NCBI RefSeq assembly: GCF_009914755.1
Contig: NC_060948.1
DNA: 64,000 nt
Reading direction: 5' to 3' (one strand)
Origin: the human T2T-CHM13v2.0 reference genome, Homo sapiens
The translations under genes were made by a program, and so were the position numbers. Shown piece by piece: positions 41,608-58,504 of the stretch. Below the pieces are notes generated by a model. The model made no database searches. It saw only the letters and a program-made list of their open reading frames with translations, and had not been told where the DNA came from. The number at the start of each line of letters is the position of its first letter. Positions within the stretch are counted from its first letter, which is position 1.

Positions 41608-44600
41608 ACATTGATGTGAAAATCCTCAATAAAATACTTGCAAACCGAATCCAGCAGCACATCAAAAAGCTTATCCACCATGATCAAGTTAGCTTCATCC
41701 CGGGGATGCAAGGCTACTTCAACATACACAAATCAATAAATGTGATTTATCACATAAACAGAACTAAAGACAAAAACCACATGATTATCTCAATAGATGC
41801 AGAAAAAGCCTTTGATAAAATTCAACATCACCACATGTTAAAAACTCTCAGTAAACTAAGTATTGATGGAACATATTTCAAAATAATAAGAGCCATTTAT
41901 AACAAACCCACAGCCAATATCATGCTGAATAGGCAAAAGCTGGAAGCATTCCCCCTTGAAAACTGGCACAAGACAAGAATGCCCTCTCTCACCACTCCTA
42001 TTCAACATAGTATTTCAAGTTCTGGCCAGGGCAGTCAGGCAAGAGAAAGACATAAAGGATATTCAAATAGGGAGAGAGGAAGTCAAACTGTCTCTGTTTG
42101 CAGATGACATGATCCTATATCTAGACAACCCCATCATCTCAGCTCAAAAGCTCCTTAAGCTGATAAGCAACTTCAGCAAAGTCTCAGGATATAAAATTAA
42201 TGTGCAAAAATCACATGCATTTCTATACATAAACAATAGACAAGCCGAGAGCCAAATCAAAAATGAACTTGCATTTGCAATTGCTACAAAGAGAATAAAG
42301 TACTTAGGAATATTGCTAACAAAGGAAGTGTAAGACCTTTTCAAAGAGGACTACAAACCACTGCTCAAGGAAATAAGAGAGGACACAAACAAATGGAAAA
42401 ACATTCCATGCTCATGGATAGGAAGAATGAATATCATAAAAATGGCCATACTTTCCAAAGTAATTTGTAGATTCAATGCTATTTCCATTAAACTATCATT
42501 GACTTTCTTCACAGAATTAGAAAAACTACTTTAAGTTCATATGGAATCAAAAACAAGCCCATATAGCCAAGACAATCCTAAACAATAACAACAAAGGTGG
42601 AGGCATCATGCTACCTGACTTCAAACTATACTACAAGCCTACAGTAACCAAAACAGCATGGTACTGGGACAAAAACAGACACATAGACCAATGCAACAGA
42701 ATAGAGAACTCATAAATAAGACCACACATCTACAACCATCTGATCTTTGACAAACCTGACAAAAACAGGCAATGGGAAAATGACTCTCTATTTAATAAAT
42801 GATGCTAAGAAAACTGGCTATCCATATGCAGAAAATTGAAACTGGACCCCTTCCTTACATCTTATACAAAAATTAAATCAAGATGGATTAAAGATTTAAA
42901 TGTAAAACCCCAAACGATAAAAACCCTAGAAGAAAATCTAGGCAATACTATTCAGGACATAGGCATGGGCAAATAGTTCATGGAAAAAAAAAATCACATG
43001 CAATTGCAACAAATTCAAAAATTGAGAAATGGGATCTAATTAAACTAAAGATTTTTGGACAGCAAAATAAACTCTCATCACAATGAACACACAACCTATG
43101 GAATGGGAGAAAAATTTGCAATCTATCCATCTGACAAAGGTCTTATATCCAAAATCTACAAGGAAGTTAAACAAATGTACAAGTAAGAATCAAACAACCC
43201 CATTAAAAAGTGGGCAAAGAACATGAACAGACACTTCTCAAAAGAAGACACTTATCTGACCAACAAATATATGAAAAAAAGCTCAACATCACTGATCATT
43301 AGAGAATGCAAATCAAAACAACAATGAGATGCCATCTTATGTCAGTCAGAATGGTGATTATTAAAAAGTCAAGGAACAACATATGCTGGTGAGGCTATGA
43401 AAAAATAGGGATGCTTTTACACCATTGATGGGACTGTAAATTAGTTCAACCATTGTGGAAGACAGTGTGGCAATTCATCACAGCCTAGAACCAGAAATAC
43501 CATTTAACCCAGCAGTCCCATTACTGGATATATTCCTAAAAGAATATAAATTATTCCATTATAAAGATACATGCACACATCTGTTAATTGAAGCACTGTT
43601 CACAATAGCAAAGACATGGAATCAACCCAAATGCACATCAATGATAGACTGGATAAAGAAAACATGGTACATATACATCATGGAATACTATGCAGCCATA
43701 AAAAGAAATGAGATCATGTCCTTTGCAGTAACATGGATGGAGCTGGAAGCCATTAGTCTCAGCAAAATAACATAGAAGGAGAAAACCAAACACCCCATGT
43801 TCTCACTTATTAGTGGGAGCTGAACAATGAGAACACATGGACACAAAGAGTGGAACAATTACACACTGGGTCCTGTCGGGAGGGCTGGGGAAAAGAGAGC
43901 ATCAGAATAAATAGCTAATGCATGCAGGGCTTAATACCTAGGTGATGGGTTGACAGGTACAGCAAACCACCATGGCACAGGTTTACCTATGCAAAAAACC
44001 TGCATGTCTTGCACATGTATCCTGGAACTTAAAATAAAATATAATTTTTTAAAAAAAGGAAAATTCAGAAATTGTTTTGATAGAGACTTTTGTGGCTTAA
44101 CAACAGATGTATGTATTCAGTTGATAGTTTAAAATACTATATCCTGTTTTCCTTGATTTGTGAATTAAACTGTGAAAGTAAATTTTTAATGACAATATAC
44201 ATACTATTTGATTTCTCTTTAAACTTAGTCAAATTGTGGATAATATTAATATCTTAAAGTGATATTGACAGAACAAGCTGACTAACCACATATTATTAAT
44301 ATTATTTTAAAACTAAATTTACATAGCATGTTTTATATCAAGTGATTATTGAATAGATTATTTAAAGTGTTTAGAATTTTTAAATAGCCAGTGAAAATAA
44401 TTTGAAATAATAGATTATAAACACACACAGTGCATTACCTTATGAAAAGCAAGTTACAGACTGAAATAGCTGATTTGGCTTTTTCAGCAGCTTTTTCAAA
44501 TAAAATATAATTATACCATGATTGATATTCATTTATAAAAAGGATGATAATATTATCACACATTTCTACTTTACTGACATACATCTGTTTTATTATAAAT

Positions 44601-45298
44601 GGGTAATGGTTGTTGTTCAATGCTTTTCTGCATGTTTAGAGAAGAATATATGGTATTCCTTTTTTATTATTTAAACATGGTAAATTAAATTGATTGACAT
44701 TTGAATGTTAACCTGGAATTTCTCATATAAACCCCACTTTTTAATGCTGCATTATCACTTTAACTTTGCTTGTTTAAATTTGATAATATTTTGTTAAAAA
44801 TTGCATCAATACTAATGAACAACAGTTGTATACAGTTTTTGCTGTTGTTTTTGTTTAGAATATATATGTCTGGTTTTGATATCTGGATAATGCTGGCCTT
44901 ATAAAAATAATTGGAAAATGTTTCCCCCTCTATTTTCCAAAGTAGTTTTCTTAGCATTTATATTATTTTTTTCTTAAATATTTCATAGAATTCAACAGTG
45001 AAATAGGTTGGGCTTCAAGTTTAATTTGTAAGAATGTTTTAAATAATTCATTTTAATAGCTATAAGTCTATTAAGAAATTTGATTACTTCTTCAGTGTAT
45101 TTTGGCATTCTGTGTCTTTCAAAAAATTCTCCATATCATCTGAGTGGTAAAATTTAGTGGTTTAAATTATTTTTATTTGTGTTTTTTTAATGTCTGTAGA
45201 ACCTGTACGTTTATTCTTTCACTTGTGATGTTAATTATGTGTGTTTCTCCCATTTTTCTCTTAATCAGCAAAGGTAGACTGTATCAATTTTTACTGCT

Positions 45299-45767
<469 letters not shown>

Positions 45768-46421
45768 TGATAATTTTTAGGTTTTGTTGGGGTGGAAACA
45801 GATTACTTAAGATTTTTTAAAATTTCTAATACAGCATTGAATGCCACTATTTTCCCTATAATCATTGCTGTAGCAGCATTTCCATACATATTTTTATGTT
45901 ATGTTTTTATTTCCATTTAATTTGAGATTTTTTATAATTTTACTTATAATTTCCTCTTTGATCCATGGAATTAAAACATTATTATTTAATTTCCTATTAT
46001 TTGGCATTTTTATCAGATAGTTTTTATTGTTTCCAATTTGACTGCATTGTAGTAAAAGAATCTGTATGATTTCAATCCTTTAACATACACTGGACTTTGT
46101 TTAATATCCAGTATATAATCTATTTTCGTGAATATTTCCTATGAAAGTTAAAAGGATACGCACTGTACTTTGTTGTTGTTGGATGGAGTGTCCTATAAAT
46201 GTCAATTAGTCTTTCATGGTTGATAATGTTGTTCAGGTGTTTTGTATTCTTACTGATCTTTCTGTATACTTGTTCCTATCCAGTACCCAAAGAATAGCAT
46301 TTGAATTTTCAATATTACAGTGATTTTGTCCCTTTCTCCTTTTAGTTTTAATCAGGCTTTATATTAGTAATTTTGAAACTGTATATTGTGCAGACACATT
46401 AGGATTTTCATGACTTCTTGA

Positions 46422-46482
46422 CTGGTTGACTTTTTCATTATATGAAATGACCCTGGTTGACTTTTTCATTATATGAAATGAC
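46422..46482. repeat. Perfect tandem duplication, period 31 bp
   Basis: ctggttgactttttcattatatgaaatgac occurs at 46422 and 46453. Confidence 0.9.
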
Positions 46483-47367
46483 GCTGTTTACTACTGGAGT
46501 TATTTCTTATTCTGAGGTCTAAACATTTCATTTTTATATCAACATTACAGCTTTCTTATGCTTAGGGTTTGTCTTATTTATCATTTTCTATGTTTTTTGG
46601 TTTTAAGCAAATCTATTACTGGTTAGAGTCAATTCCTTGTAAACAATATATAGTCAAGTGTTACTTTTTCTAACAGTCTGTTAATCCTGACTTTTCATAG
46701 ATGTGTTTATAGAGTTTACATTTAATATACTTACTGACATGTATAGATTGAAATTAATCATTTAGTTATTTGTGTTCTATTTATCCCGTCTGTTCTTTCT
46801 GCATTTTTCTATTTTCCTGCCTTCCTTTGAATTAAGTAGTTTTCAGTATTTTAATTTAACCACCATTATTTGCCTCCTGCTTATTTTTAGTGACCAATCT
46901 TGCATTTATAATATAAATATAATATAAATTAACATACAGATTTTACTTTATTCTTTATGTATAATATCTGACTGTTTAACACTTTATTTTCATTTGCCCT
47001 CTTCTGACTATTGTGTTATTATTGTCATGGAATTTATTACCACATATGCTATAAAATACACAATACATTGCTAATGTTTTGTGCTTTGGGTAATTTTATT
47101 TTAAAAATTGTTCAATGAGAAAATATATCTTTTGTATGGACCCACAAATTTATTTTTTTCAACACCATTCATTTTTTAGAGCGGATAAAAGCTTCCATCT
47201 GGTGTCATTTTTATTCAGTCTAAAGAATGTCCTTTAAGAGTTTATGTAACTCGGGTCTGCTGTGGAGGAATTTACTTTAGGCCCAACGTAGTTTTACTTC
47301 TAAGGAACAACACTTGAGGATCTCTACTGAGAGACATCATGTATTCAGAAGGTCTCCCCATGTTGCA

Positions 47368-50812
<3,445 letters not shown>

Positions 50813-51832
50813 TGTTGCGGGAAGTCAGGGACCCCAAACGGAGGGACTGGCTGAAGCCATGGCAGAATAATGTGGATTGTGAAGATTTCATGGACATTTA
50901 TTAGTTCCCCAAATTAATGCTTTTATAATTTCTTATGCCTGTCTTTACTGCAATCTCTAAACATAAATTGGGAAGATTTCATGGACACTTATCCCTTCCC
51001 CAATCAATACCCTTGTGATTTCCTAGGCCTGTCTTTACTTTAATCTCTTAATCCTGTCATCTCAAAAGCCGAGGAGGATGTATGTCACCTCAGGACCCTG
51101 TGATAATTGCATTAACTGAACAAATTGTAGAGCATGTGTGTTTGAACAATATGAAATCTGGGCACCTTTAAAAAAGAACAGGATAACAGCAATATTTAGG
51201 AAACAAGAGAGATAACCTTAAACTCTGACCGCCAGTGAGCCGAGTAGAACAGAGCCATATTTCTCTTCTTTCAAAAGCAAATGGGAGAAATATCGCTGAA
51301 TTCTTTTTCTCAGCAAGGAACATCCCTGGGAAAGAGAATACATGCCTGGGGGTAGGTCTATAGACGGCCCCCTGGGTGTGGCCATCTTCTATGGTCTGTA
51401 GACTGTAGGGGTGAAATAGACCCCAGTCTCCCATAGTGCTCCCAGGCTTATTAGGAAGAGGAAATTCCCGCCTAATAAATTTTGGTCAGACCGGTTGCTC
51501 TCAAAACCCTGTCTCCTGATACAGATGTTATCAATGACAATGGTGCCCAAAACTTCATTAGCAATTTTAATTTCGCCCCAGTCCTCTGGTCCTGTGATCT
51601 CGCCCTGCCTCCATTTGCCTTATGATATTCTATTACCTTGTAAAGTACATGATCTTTGTGACCAACACCCTATTCGTACACTCCCTCCCCTTTTGAAAAT
51701 CCCTAATAAAAACTTGCTGGTTTTTGTGGCTTGTGGGGCATCACGGAACCTACCGACATGTGATGTCTCCCCCGAATGCCCAGCTTTAAAATTTCTCTCT
51801 TTTGTACTCTGTACCTTTATTTCTCAAACCGG
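50813..51832 (+). mobile_element. MER11 (A/B/C; HERV-K HML-8) LTR, 3' end incomplete
   Basis: Canonical start TGTTGCGGGAAGTCAGGGACCCCAAACGGAGGGAC; AATAAA near 51705; sequence stops before the normal U5 end. Confidence 0.9.
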
Positions 51833-53759
51833 TTCTCATAAAAATAATTAAGACATTGCTTTCGATTTTAGTGAGAAAAATGGTCATAATTGATTGGTAT
51901 ATCTGTCATTTGTTCAAAATAGGGAGTAATACATATGGTGTATTTACTCACCCTGCATTAGAAAGTAATGTATATAAAACTGAACATACTCATCCAAATG
52001 TATTACATAATAGAATTTTCCTCCAGTGTCATTTTTGCTCCATTATTTTTCTAAATTTAAGAATTTTAGTAAGTGGTCATGCTATTCTTATGACATCACC
52101 AATAAACTCACTTCACACAAAAAGGCAATCACTATAAAATATGAAACGAGTTGATTTGATGTACTACTAAATAACTTTGCCCTCAGATACTCTTGTTCTA
52201 AATATTATAGTTTGGTATCTCCATTGGTTCCTTTTCTCAATTTCCCCCATGATTCCTCTTGAATTTATATTATTGTCTTATGCTACTTGTAAAATAATTT
52301 CAGTTTGTCTCTTTTGAGTCTATTTATCCCATTTCTCTTCCTCCTACTATTTTTGCTTATAAAATTAAAACAGATATTTAAAGCTCAAATGTTGAGAAGC
52401 CATGCAGTTAACATAAGTCTTTGAATTTAACAATACACGCTAAATTATCACCCTCAAGCATAACATATGCCCAGATACTTCGCCTCTTTTTCCAAGATTA
52501 GCATTCAATCACTGGGCTATATATAATCCATTTTATGGCCATTTTGCAATGCCTTAACTAAAGAAGTAATTACATTTAGTTATCAAGAAGTTATCTGCCT
52601 CATTATAGGCAATGGTCATTGGATAATCTCAGGTGTGATACTTTTGCCCAACTTCCACAGGATAAATTGACATGTGAGAGGATGGACTGGAGTAACTGTC
52701 CCAACTAGTTGAAAAAAGAGATAACTAATATTTTTCTTATCTTTTAAAAAGGCCTTTAAGATGTACTTTAACTTATATAATGGGCATCAAAAGAGATACA
52801 AGCTTGATGTAAAATGCTTTATAAGGCATATTTTATGCACTTATGTGTTTCTTATTTAAAGGAAAATCTGCATTACTGATATGCTATAAGGTACCCTCCA
52901 ACACAAGTGGATAAAAGTCTGTTTTGAATGCTTGGAGATACTTCATATGTCTTCTCTTTAGCTCTATGTTTTTCTATTTTTTAAAAGAGTTTATTAGACA
53001 GAAACAAAGCAAGAATTAACACTCCAAGTTAACACGCTTTTCTTGGTGCTTTACTATAACATAACTTGCAGATGGTGGGAAGAGGAGGAAATTTTGGATT
53101 AGATAATAATATTTACATAGCTCAGGCTTGTATACATTTTACAACATGTAAGCTGTGTTTGTGTTTCTGGTTCAATTAAAAGTATTTTGAAAACATTGCA
53201 TTTTTTGCTAAGCAATACATCTTGATGGATTAAGTGAAAACATTCAGAAAACCTTATTTGTATTTCATAGTGTTTCTATGACCTCCAGAAAGAAAATTGA
53301 AAGTATTTGGTAGTAATTTGTGAAGAATCACTTTTGGATTTTGGAAAGATTTTAATAGCTAGATATAGTGTAGATAAAATATTTCTGTAGAACTGCTATT
53401 TCCAAAGAATATCTAGAAGATTTCTGGATAGTTTCAGTAATAATGAAAGAGATAGAAAACTGTTTTTATCCAAAGTTCAAGAAAAATCTATTAAATGTGT
53501 ATTTTTTCTATAAATAAATAAGATCACTTTTAATAGGCTTATTATATTTTCTATGAAAGCTGATGACCCCAATATGACTATTCTTCATGTGGAAATATAA
53601 AATTTGAAAGTTGTGATGCTTTTATATATGTTGATATTTCTAGACTGGTAATCATATATACATTATATATATATATGCAAATATATTTACAACAAGAATT
53701 TAAAAAGCAAACATTTTTTTTCATATATGAAAATATACATTGAGAGTATCACCTACTGG

Positions 53760-53890
53760 TTAGGACATGTGATGTGGAGTTAGACTGTTTAGTTTGAATC
53801 CTGGAGCAATCACTCCTTAATTTTGTGACCTTGATCAGGTTGCCTATTTTCTCTATATCCAGTGATCATTGCGTTAAATGAGAAAATAGA
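53760..53890 (+). mobile_element. MIR SINE fragment
   Basis: 'tggagttagactgtttagtttgaatcctgg...tgtgaccttgatcaggttgcct...taaatgagaaaata' is the MIR core. Confidence 0.7.
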
Positions 53891-54129
53891 AAGCACATAG
53901 AAAATAGCTAAAATATAACACAATATTATTATCTATATTTCCATGGCTTCTTTATTATTAGTATTATACATTTCATTTGCCTTCTATCTCCTATCTCTAA
54001 TATTATTTTTTCCTAATGTTTAGTTCTCACTCAACTATTCTGTGAGCATGTTTTCTCTTCTACCTTTTTTTGCTGCTGAGGCCTCATTAATTGAGCACAC
54101 TAAAAAAAAAAATCATGGATGTGCACAGT

Positions 54130-54577
54130 TCAAACTGTTCAAGAAGAGATTTGCAATTCAGTTACAAAAGTGCCTTTTTCTGACAGCCTCTGCTTGTCAG
54201 TGTCTTCTGGATGTGCTTAGCGTTTGAGCCATGCCTTTCCTCTTTCCAGGCAGCCCCCAAGCAATAACTGAGCATGACCGGTCTAGGGCCTAGGTATATC
54301 TGCCTGATGAGATGCTTCATTAAGGGGCAGTATTTGCTGCAGGTCACTCTATAGGTTTGGTCAAAACCTTTCACCAGAGTCTGAAGAGTATCTACCCAAT
54401 TTTGCTTCCTCCTGCCTTTCCCTCCATGCATATTCCATCCACATGCAATCATAAGAATATTGTATTTTGCTTCCTTCCCATTGTATCACACCAGACATTG
54501 CTACCCCACACCCCCAAATTTCACTTTGACACTCCAAATCTACCTCAGCATCTGCCTTACAGGGTAACTGACAGACA
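54130..54577 (+). mobile_element. LTR16-like (ERVL) LTR
   Basis: 'ggcagcccccaagcaataactgagcatg...ctagggcct...gggcagtatttgct...ctcagcatctgcctt...actgacagaca' resembles LTR16; left boundary approximate. Confidence 0.6.
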
Positions 54578-56130
54578 AAATTGGTGACTGAAGTGAACTA
54601 AAAAAGCAGTTGATAAGATGAGAATTGACAATTAGTACCTTATTCCAGGAGGTATGTGAGGCATGGAGTCACTAACACAAGACGATGGCTCAGTTTCTCA
54701 GACATTCACCAGTGGTGAATTGGGAGAAAGTTTCCAGTGGATGAAATTGTCTTCACCTATGTGATGATTCAGCCTCTTGAAAAGTAAAGATGTTGGGGAA
54801 ATTATGTGTAAAAGTACAGTAGAATTTGTTGGTTGCATTGATGCTCTACAAGAGTAGTTAATATACAATTAAAAATTAAATCTAAAGACCAAAGGGCCTT
54901 TTTGGCAGTTCACCAAGTGGCCCTTATCTCCATAGAGGAAAAACAGAAAAACTACAAACAAAGCTCAGGTATAATAGTTACAGTAACAAAGCTAAAATGG
55001 TTACTAAATACATAACTGAGTTCTGTTATGTCAAAGTCTGGAGACTTCTTGAGAAAATCTGAGACCAGGACTCATTGTATTGGGGCAACTGAGTAGCTAG
55101 CCATGAAGAATTTTACTGCTTAGGCACCTCTGTTCCTCAGGACCCACAACAGTGACACTGATTTTCATAAGGACTACAATTCCCACCATCTGGGAAGATA
55201 CTACAGAGCTGTTTTCCCTGGAAGGATACAGTTCCCCTCCAAAACTGCACCTAGATCTTTTGTAGATGCCAGGTCAAGTATTAGGGATGATCCACAGCAT
55301 AAATCTACTATTGACATTCCATGGGGATACACATAGATTTAGATTTTTAGAGTGCTTGATCAGTGGGGACAGATTATAAGACTAGATAAATAAGGCTATT
55401 GACTTTGAGGACCTCTCTCAAGATACAGAATTTATTGCCTGTCAGGTTCCCTAGTAAGGCAAACATACAGCTAAGATAGTCCCTAGAAAATTAAAGAAAG
55501 TGGTCATCCATGCTGAGTGAAGTGGAAATGTCTGATTTGTGCTGGCATGTGGTAAAGGAAGAACTAAAGAGCCTATGGAGATGGAAAGTTTGGAATAGAT
55601 ACATTATGTGAAGCCAGAAGACCTAGCAGAGTATTATATTCCACTGGAGGACCCAGAGGACACACCATTCATTGAAGCCACTGAGTATGCACTGAGGAGA
55701 GAGGCACTAGCTTTCCTAAGAACTTGAGGGGTGGATCTCCTCTGCAGGCTGGGGCTCAATGTAGGATAGGTAGTCACAGAGCTGGGCTCATTAATATCCA
55801 TGGGGATGATGTCTTTCACTCCTTCCACCCACAAGTAATAGAGATGAGGTGATAGTAGAGATAGTTCAAAGAGAATGGCATCCCTAGGAGTAACAAGAAT
55901 ATTACTTTATATACATATAAATACATGTATAACAATATACAATTTATATATATATATAAATTGTATATTGTTGTATATTATTCTTGCTTATTCGGTTTTA
56001 TTTGGAATATATATATATATATATAATTTTTTTCCAAATAAAGGAAAACAGAATAAACAAGAAGCTGAGGGCAAACACCTCACAAAATATCTTGGCTGCT
56101 GCCCAATTTCAGGACTTTAAGGAACATAGT
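54578..56130 (+). mobile_element. ERVL-type internal (gag-region) relic adjoining the LTR16-like LTR
   Basis: Begins 'aaattggtg' directly after the LTR. 'ctggaggacccagaggacacaccattca' resembles HERV16/ERVL gag; no open frame. Confidence 0.5.
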
Positions 56131-56143
56131 TAGCCACAGACTC

Positions 56144-56146
<3 letters not shown>

Positions 56147-56179
<33 letters not shown>

Positions 56180-56457
56180 AGACAGGGTTCTTGCTCTGTC
56201 ACCTGGGCTGGAATGCAGTGGTGCAATCTTGGTTCACTGAAACCTCTGCCTCCCAGGCTCAACTGCTCCTCCCACCTCAGTCTCCTGAGTAGTTGGGACT
56301 ACAGGCGCAGCCACGCCAGGTTAATTATTTGTATTTTTTATAAAGACAAGGTTTCACCACGTTGCCCAGGCTGATCTCGAACTCCTGAGCTCAAGTGATC
56401 TGCCCACCTCAGCCTCCAAAATGCTGGGATTAAAGGCATGAGCCACCATGCCCTGCC
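56147..56457 (-). mobile_element. AluJ SINE with a 29-nt pure T tract
   Basis: J diagnostics (gagacagggt, ctcctgagctcaagtgatc); T29 at 56147-56175. Confidence 0.9.
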
Positions 56458-56571
56458 CATGATTCAATATTCTTTTAGAAAAATGTCAGGGAAGACAAAA
56501 ATACTTCATCTATTGATAAACCATCTATTCTTTTAGAGAAGTGCATTTGTGAAAATAAGGACATGTCTGAG

Positions 56572-58455
56572 CTAGACAATCATTTTGAAGAAATTGGGGA
56601 TAACATCAGAAGAAGCAATGCCAAAAGTACCATATACTCCTTCACTGTTCTCAACTATATTTTTATCAGTATCGCGTATCCCGCAGATACGCTCAAGGCC
56701 CTAATTAGCCAGTATCTAGTTAATAATGGTCATTTCATCAAAGGATTATGCTGCTTTTTATATCTAGGAAAAATGGGGAGAAACACAATCTATTCAGTCA
56801 AAATTTTAAGGACAATTTTCACAGAAAATAGTGTGATTATCACTAGAACCTATGCGCTCCTGAGAGAGCACAAACTAATATACAACAACATCTGGCAAGT
56901 TTTACATCTCACTTGGCTTTAATTTAATACTGTCTAACAACAAGAAAAATGGAAGGTATCACTTAAACAGCAAAAGACCAGGTCATTCCAAAATTGTAGG
57001 TGTACCCATACCTCTGTTGAAGAATACAGGTCTGGTGGGAGAAAAGGTATGATAATATATGAGTTCAATGGAGAGCTGCTGGCGTAAGTGTCTACAAAGG
57101 ACTACCTCATGAGTCCGGAAGGCATATATGTTTCTTCTAAGGAAAACATTCTTTATTGCTCTCAAAAATCTTGAGGTTTACCTGTTTGTTGTAGGTTAGT
57201 CACAGTGCTTCCTTTCCCACCTTTCTCATTTTTGTTACTTCCACAATTATTTTCCCAAATTTTGGGGCCTCAAACTCCAAAGCCATTTTTTGATTACTCC
57301 CTCTCCTTTAATCCTCATATCTAATTAGGGATACAGGAAATATTTACAAAGGCCTGATTTGTCACTCTGTAGTCATGCTGAAAACTCATATGTCCGACTG
57401 CATGCTAGTGACCAGTGCCAACACATGACAATGCTTCATTAAGTAAATAGCCGAAACTGAGAAGCCTGACTTGATCTGCAGTAAATGAGGTGATTGGTTT
57501 TGAAATAAAACAGCAAGGACTTATTGAAGAAACATTCTGCTGAAACTTCTCCTCCCGTATTGAACTCAATTCACAGGTCTTTAGTGTAATAAAGATTTGC
57601 TGCAAGGATATTAACCAGGGATAAAAAGCATATTCTTAGCACAGCTACACTAGAGTCTTATTTTAAAAAGCCTAAGTCACTCCAGAGTATGCAGAAAAAT
57701 ATATCTAAACAGCATGTGTTGTATGGCTTTTTTCTTGAATGCCTGATTTTCCATATAGGGGCTTAATTGAAATTCAAATGTTCTAAACTTGATGAATAAA
57801 ACTTAATAAACATTTCTTTATTTTATGTAACTGAAGAAAAAAATCTGTCAAGCTGCTAGTCTCCAAAAGCATTGTATCCTACCCCAATTTGTCATATTGA
57901 ATTTGATCTAGTCTTTTTTTTTTTTCAAAATTCAAATATTATCACAAGCACGGTGTAGATCAAACCTTATTTATTTGATGATAAGATCTAGCCTTTGGGG
58001 TTTCTTATTCTTTGAATAAGATGAAATGGTTCTTTGAATGGTTCCATTCAAAGAATAAGAACCATTTGCAGAAACCTGCAATTGTTTCTTTTAAGATAGC
58101 ATCTGAGAACAAGAGCAGTTTATATATTCTCATAGAATTATGGAAGAGTCATTTGATATCATCTCTCTGTACTCACTGTATTGTTTTTAGTTTACTTGAG
58201 CCCCCCTGCTTCTACCTTGCTATGGGCCAAGGCAAAGCTATAATGCTCACCCTTTTAGTAATCTTGGCAGCTGTCTTAGAAAATGAGGACTTTTTGGCTG
58301 CTTTCTTTGCATCAGGTAGGAGCTTGAGGCTTTCGCTGAGATCTGTGAACCTAGACCCTTGTCTCAGCTCTAGCTACACTACTGTGTCTGCGCCATATTG
58401 AATTCAACAGTGTCAAACACAGGCTTCCAGAATACTCATGATGTGGGCAGAAGAG
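56572..58455 (-). pseudogene. Candidate multi-exon unprocessed pseudogene, 3' part. Exons: A about 58455-58251, B 57599-about 57392, C 57136-57012, D 56763-about 56572. Family unidentified.
   Basis: Non-repetitive island with pyrimidine-rich acceptors (atatccttgcag|, gttttccttag|, ctccccatttttcctag|) and donors AAGG|gtgagc and AGAG|gtatgg. Phases 0/1/0 join into one frame with nine internal stops. The exon B donor and exon A acceptor are inferred. Confidence 0.5.
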
Positions 58456-58504
58456 CTGAATTTTATTATATTTTCAAAACCCATTTGTGTACCTTTATAT
58501 TAAC

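Noticed and set aside
56563-56922. 119-aa plus-strand ORF (also the 129-aa ORF at 58012-58401)
   Set aside because: No recognisable protein. The splice signals lie on the opposite strand, so these are better read as antisense shadows of the minus-strand exon candidates.
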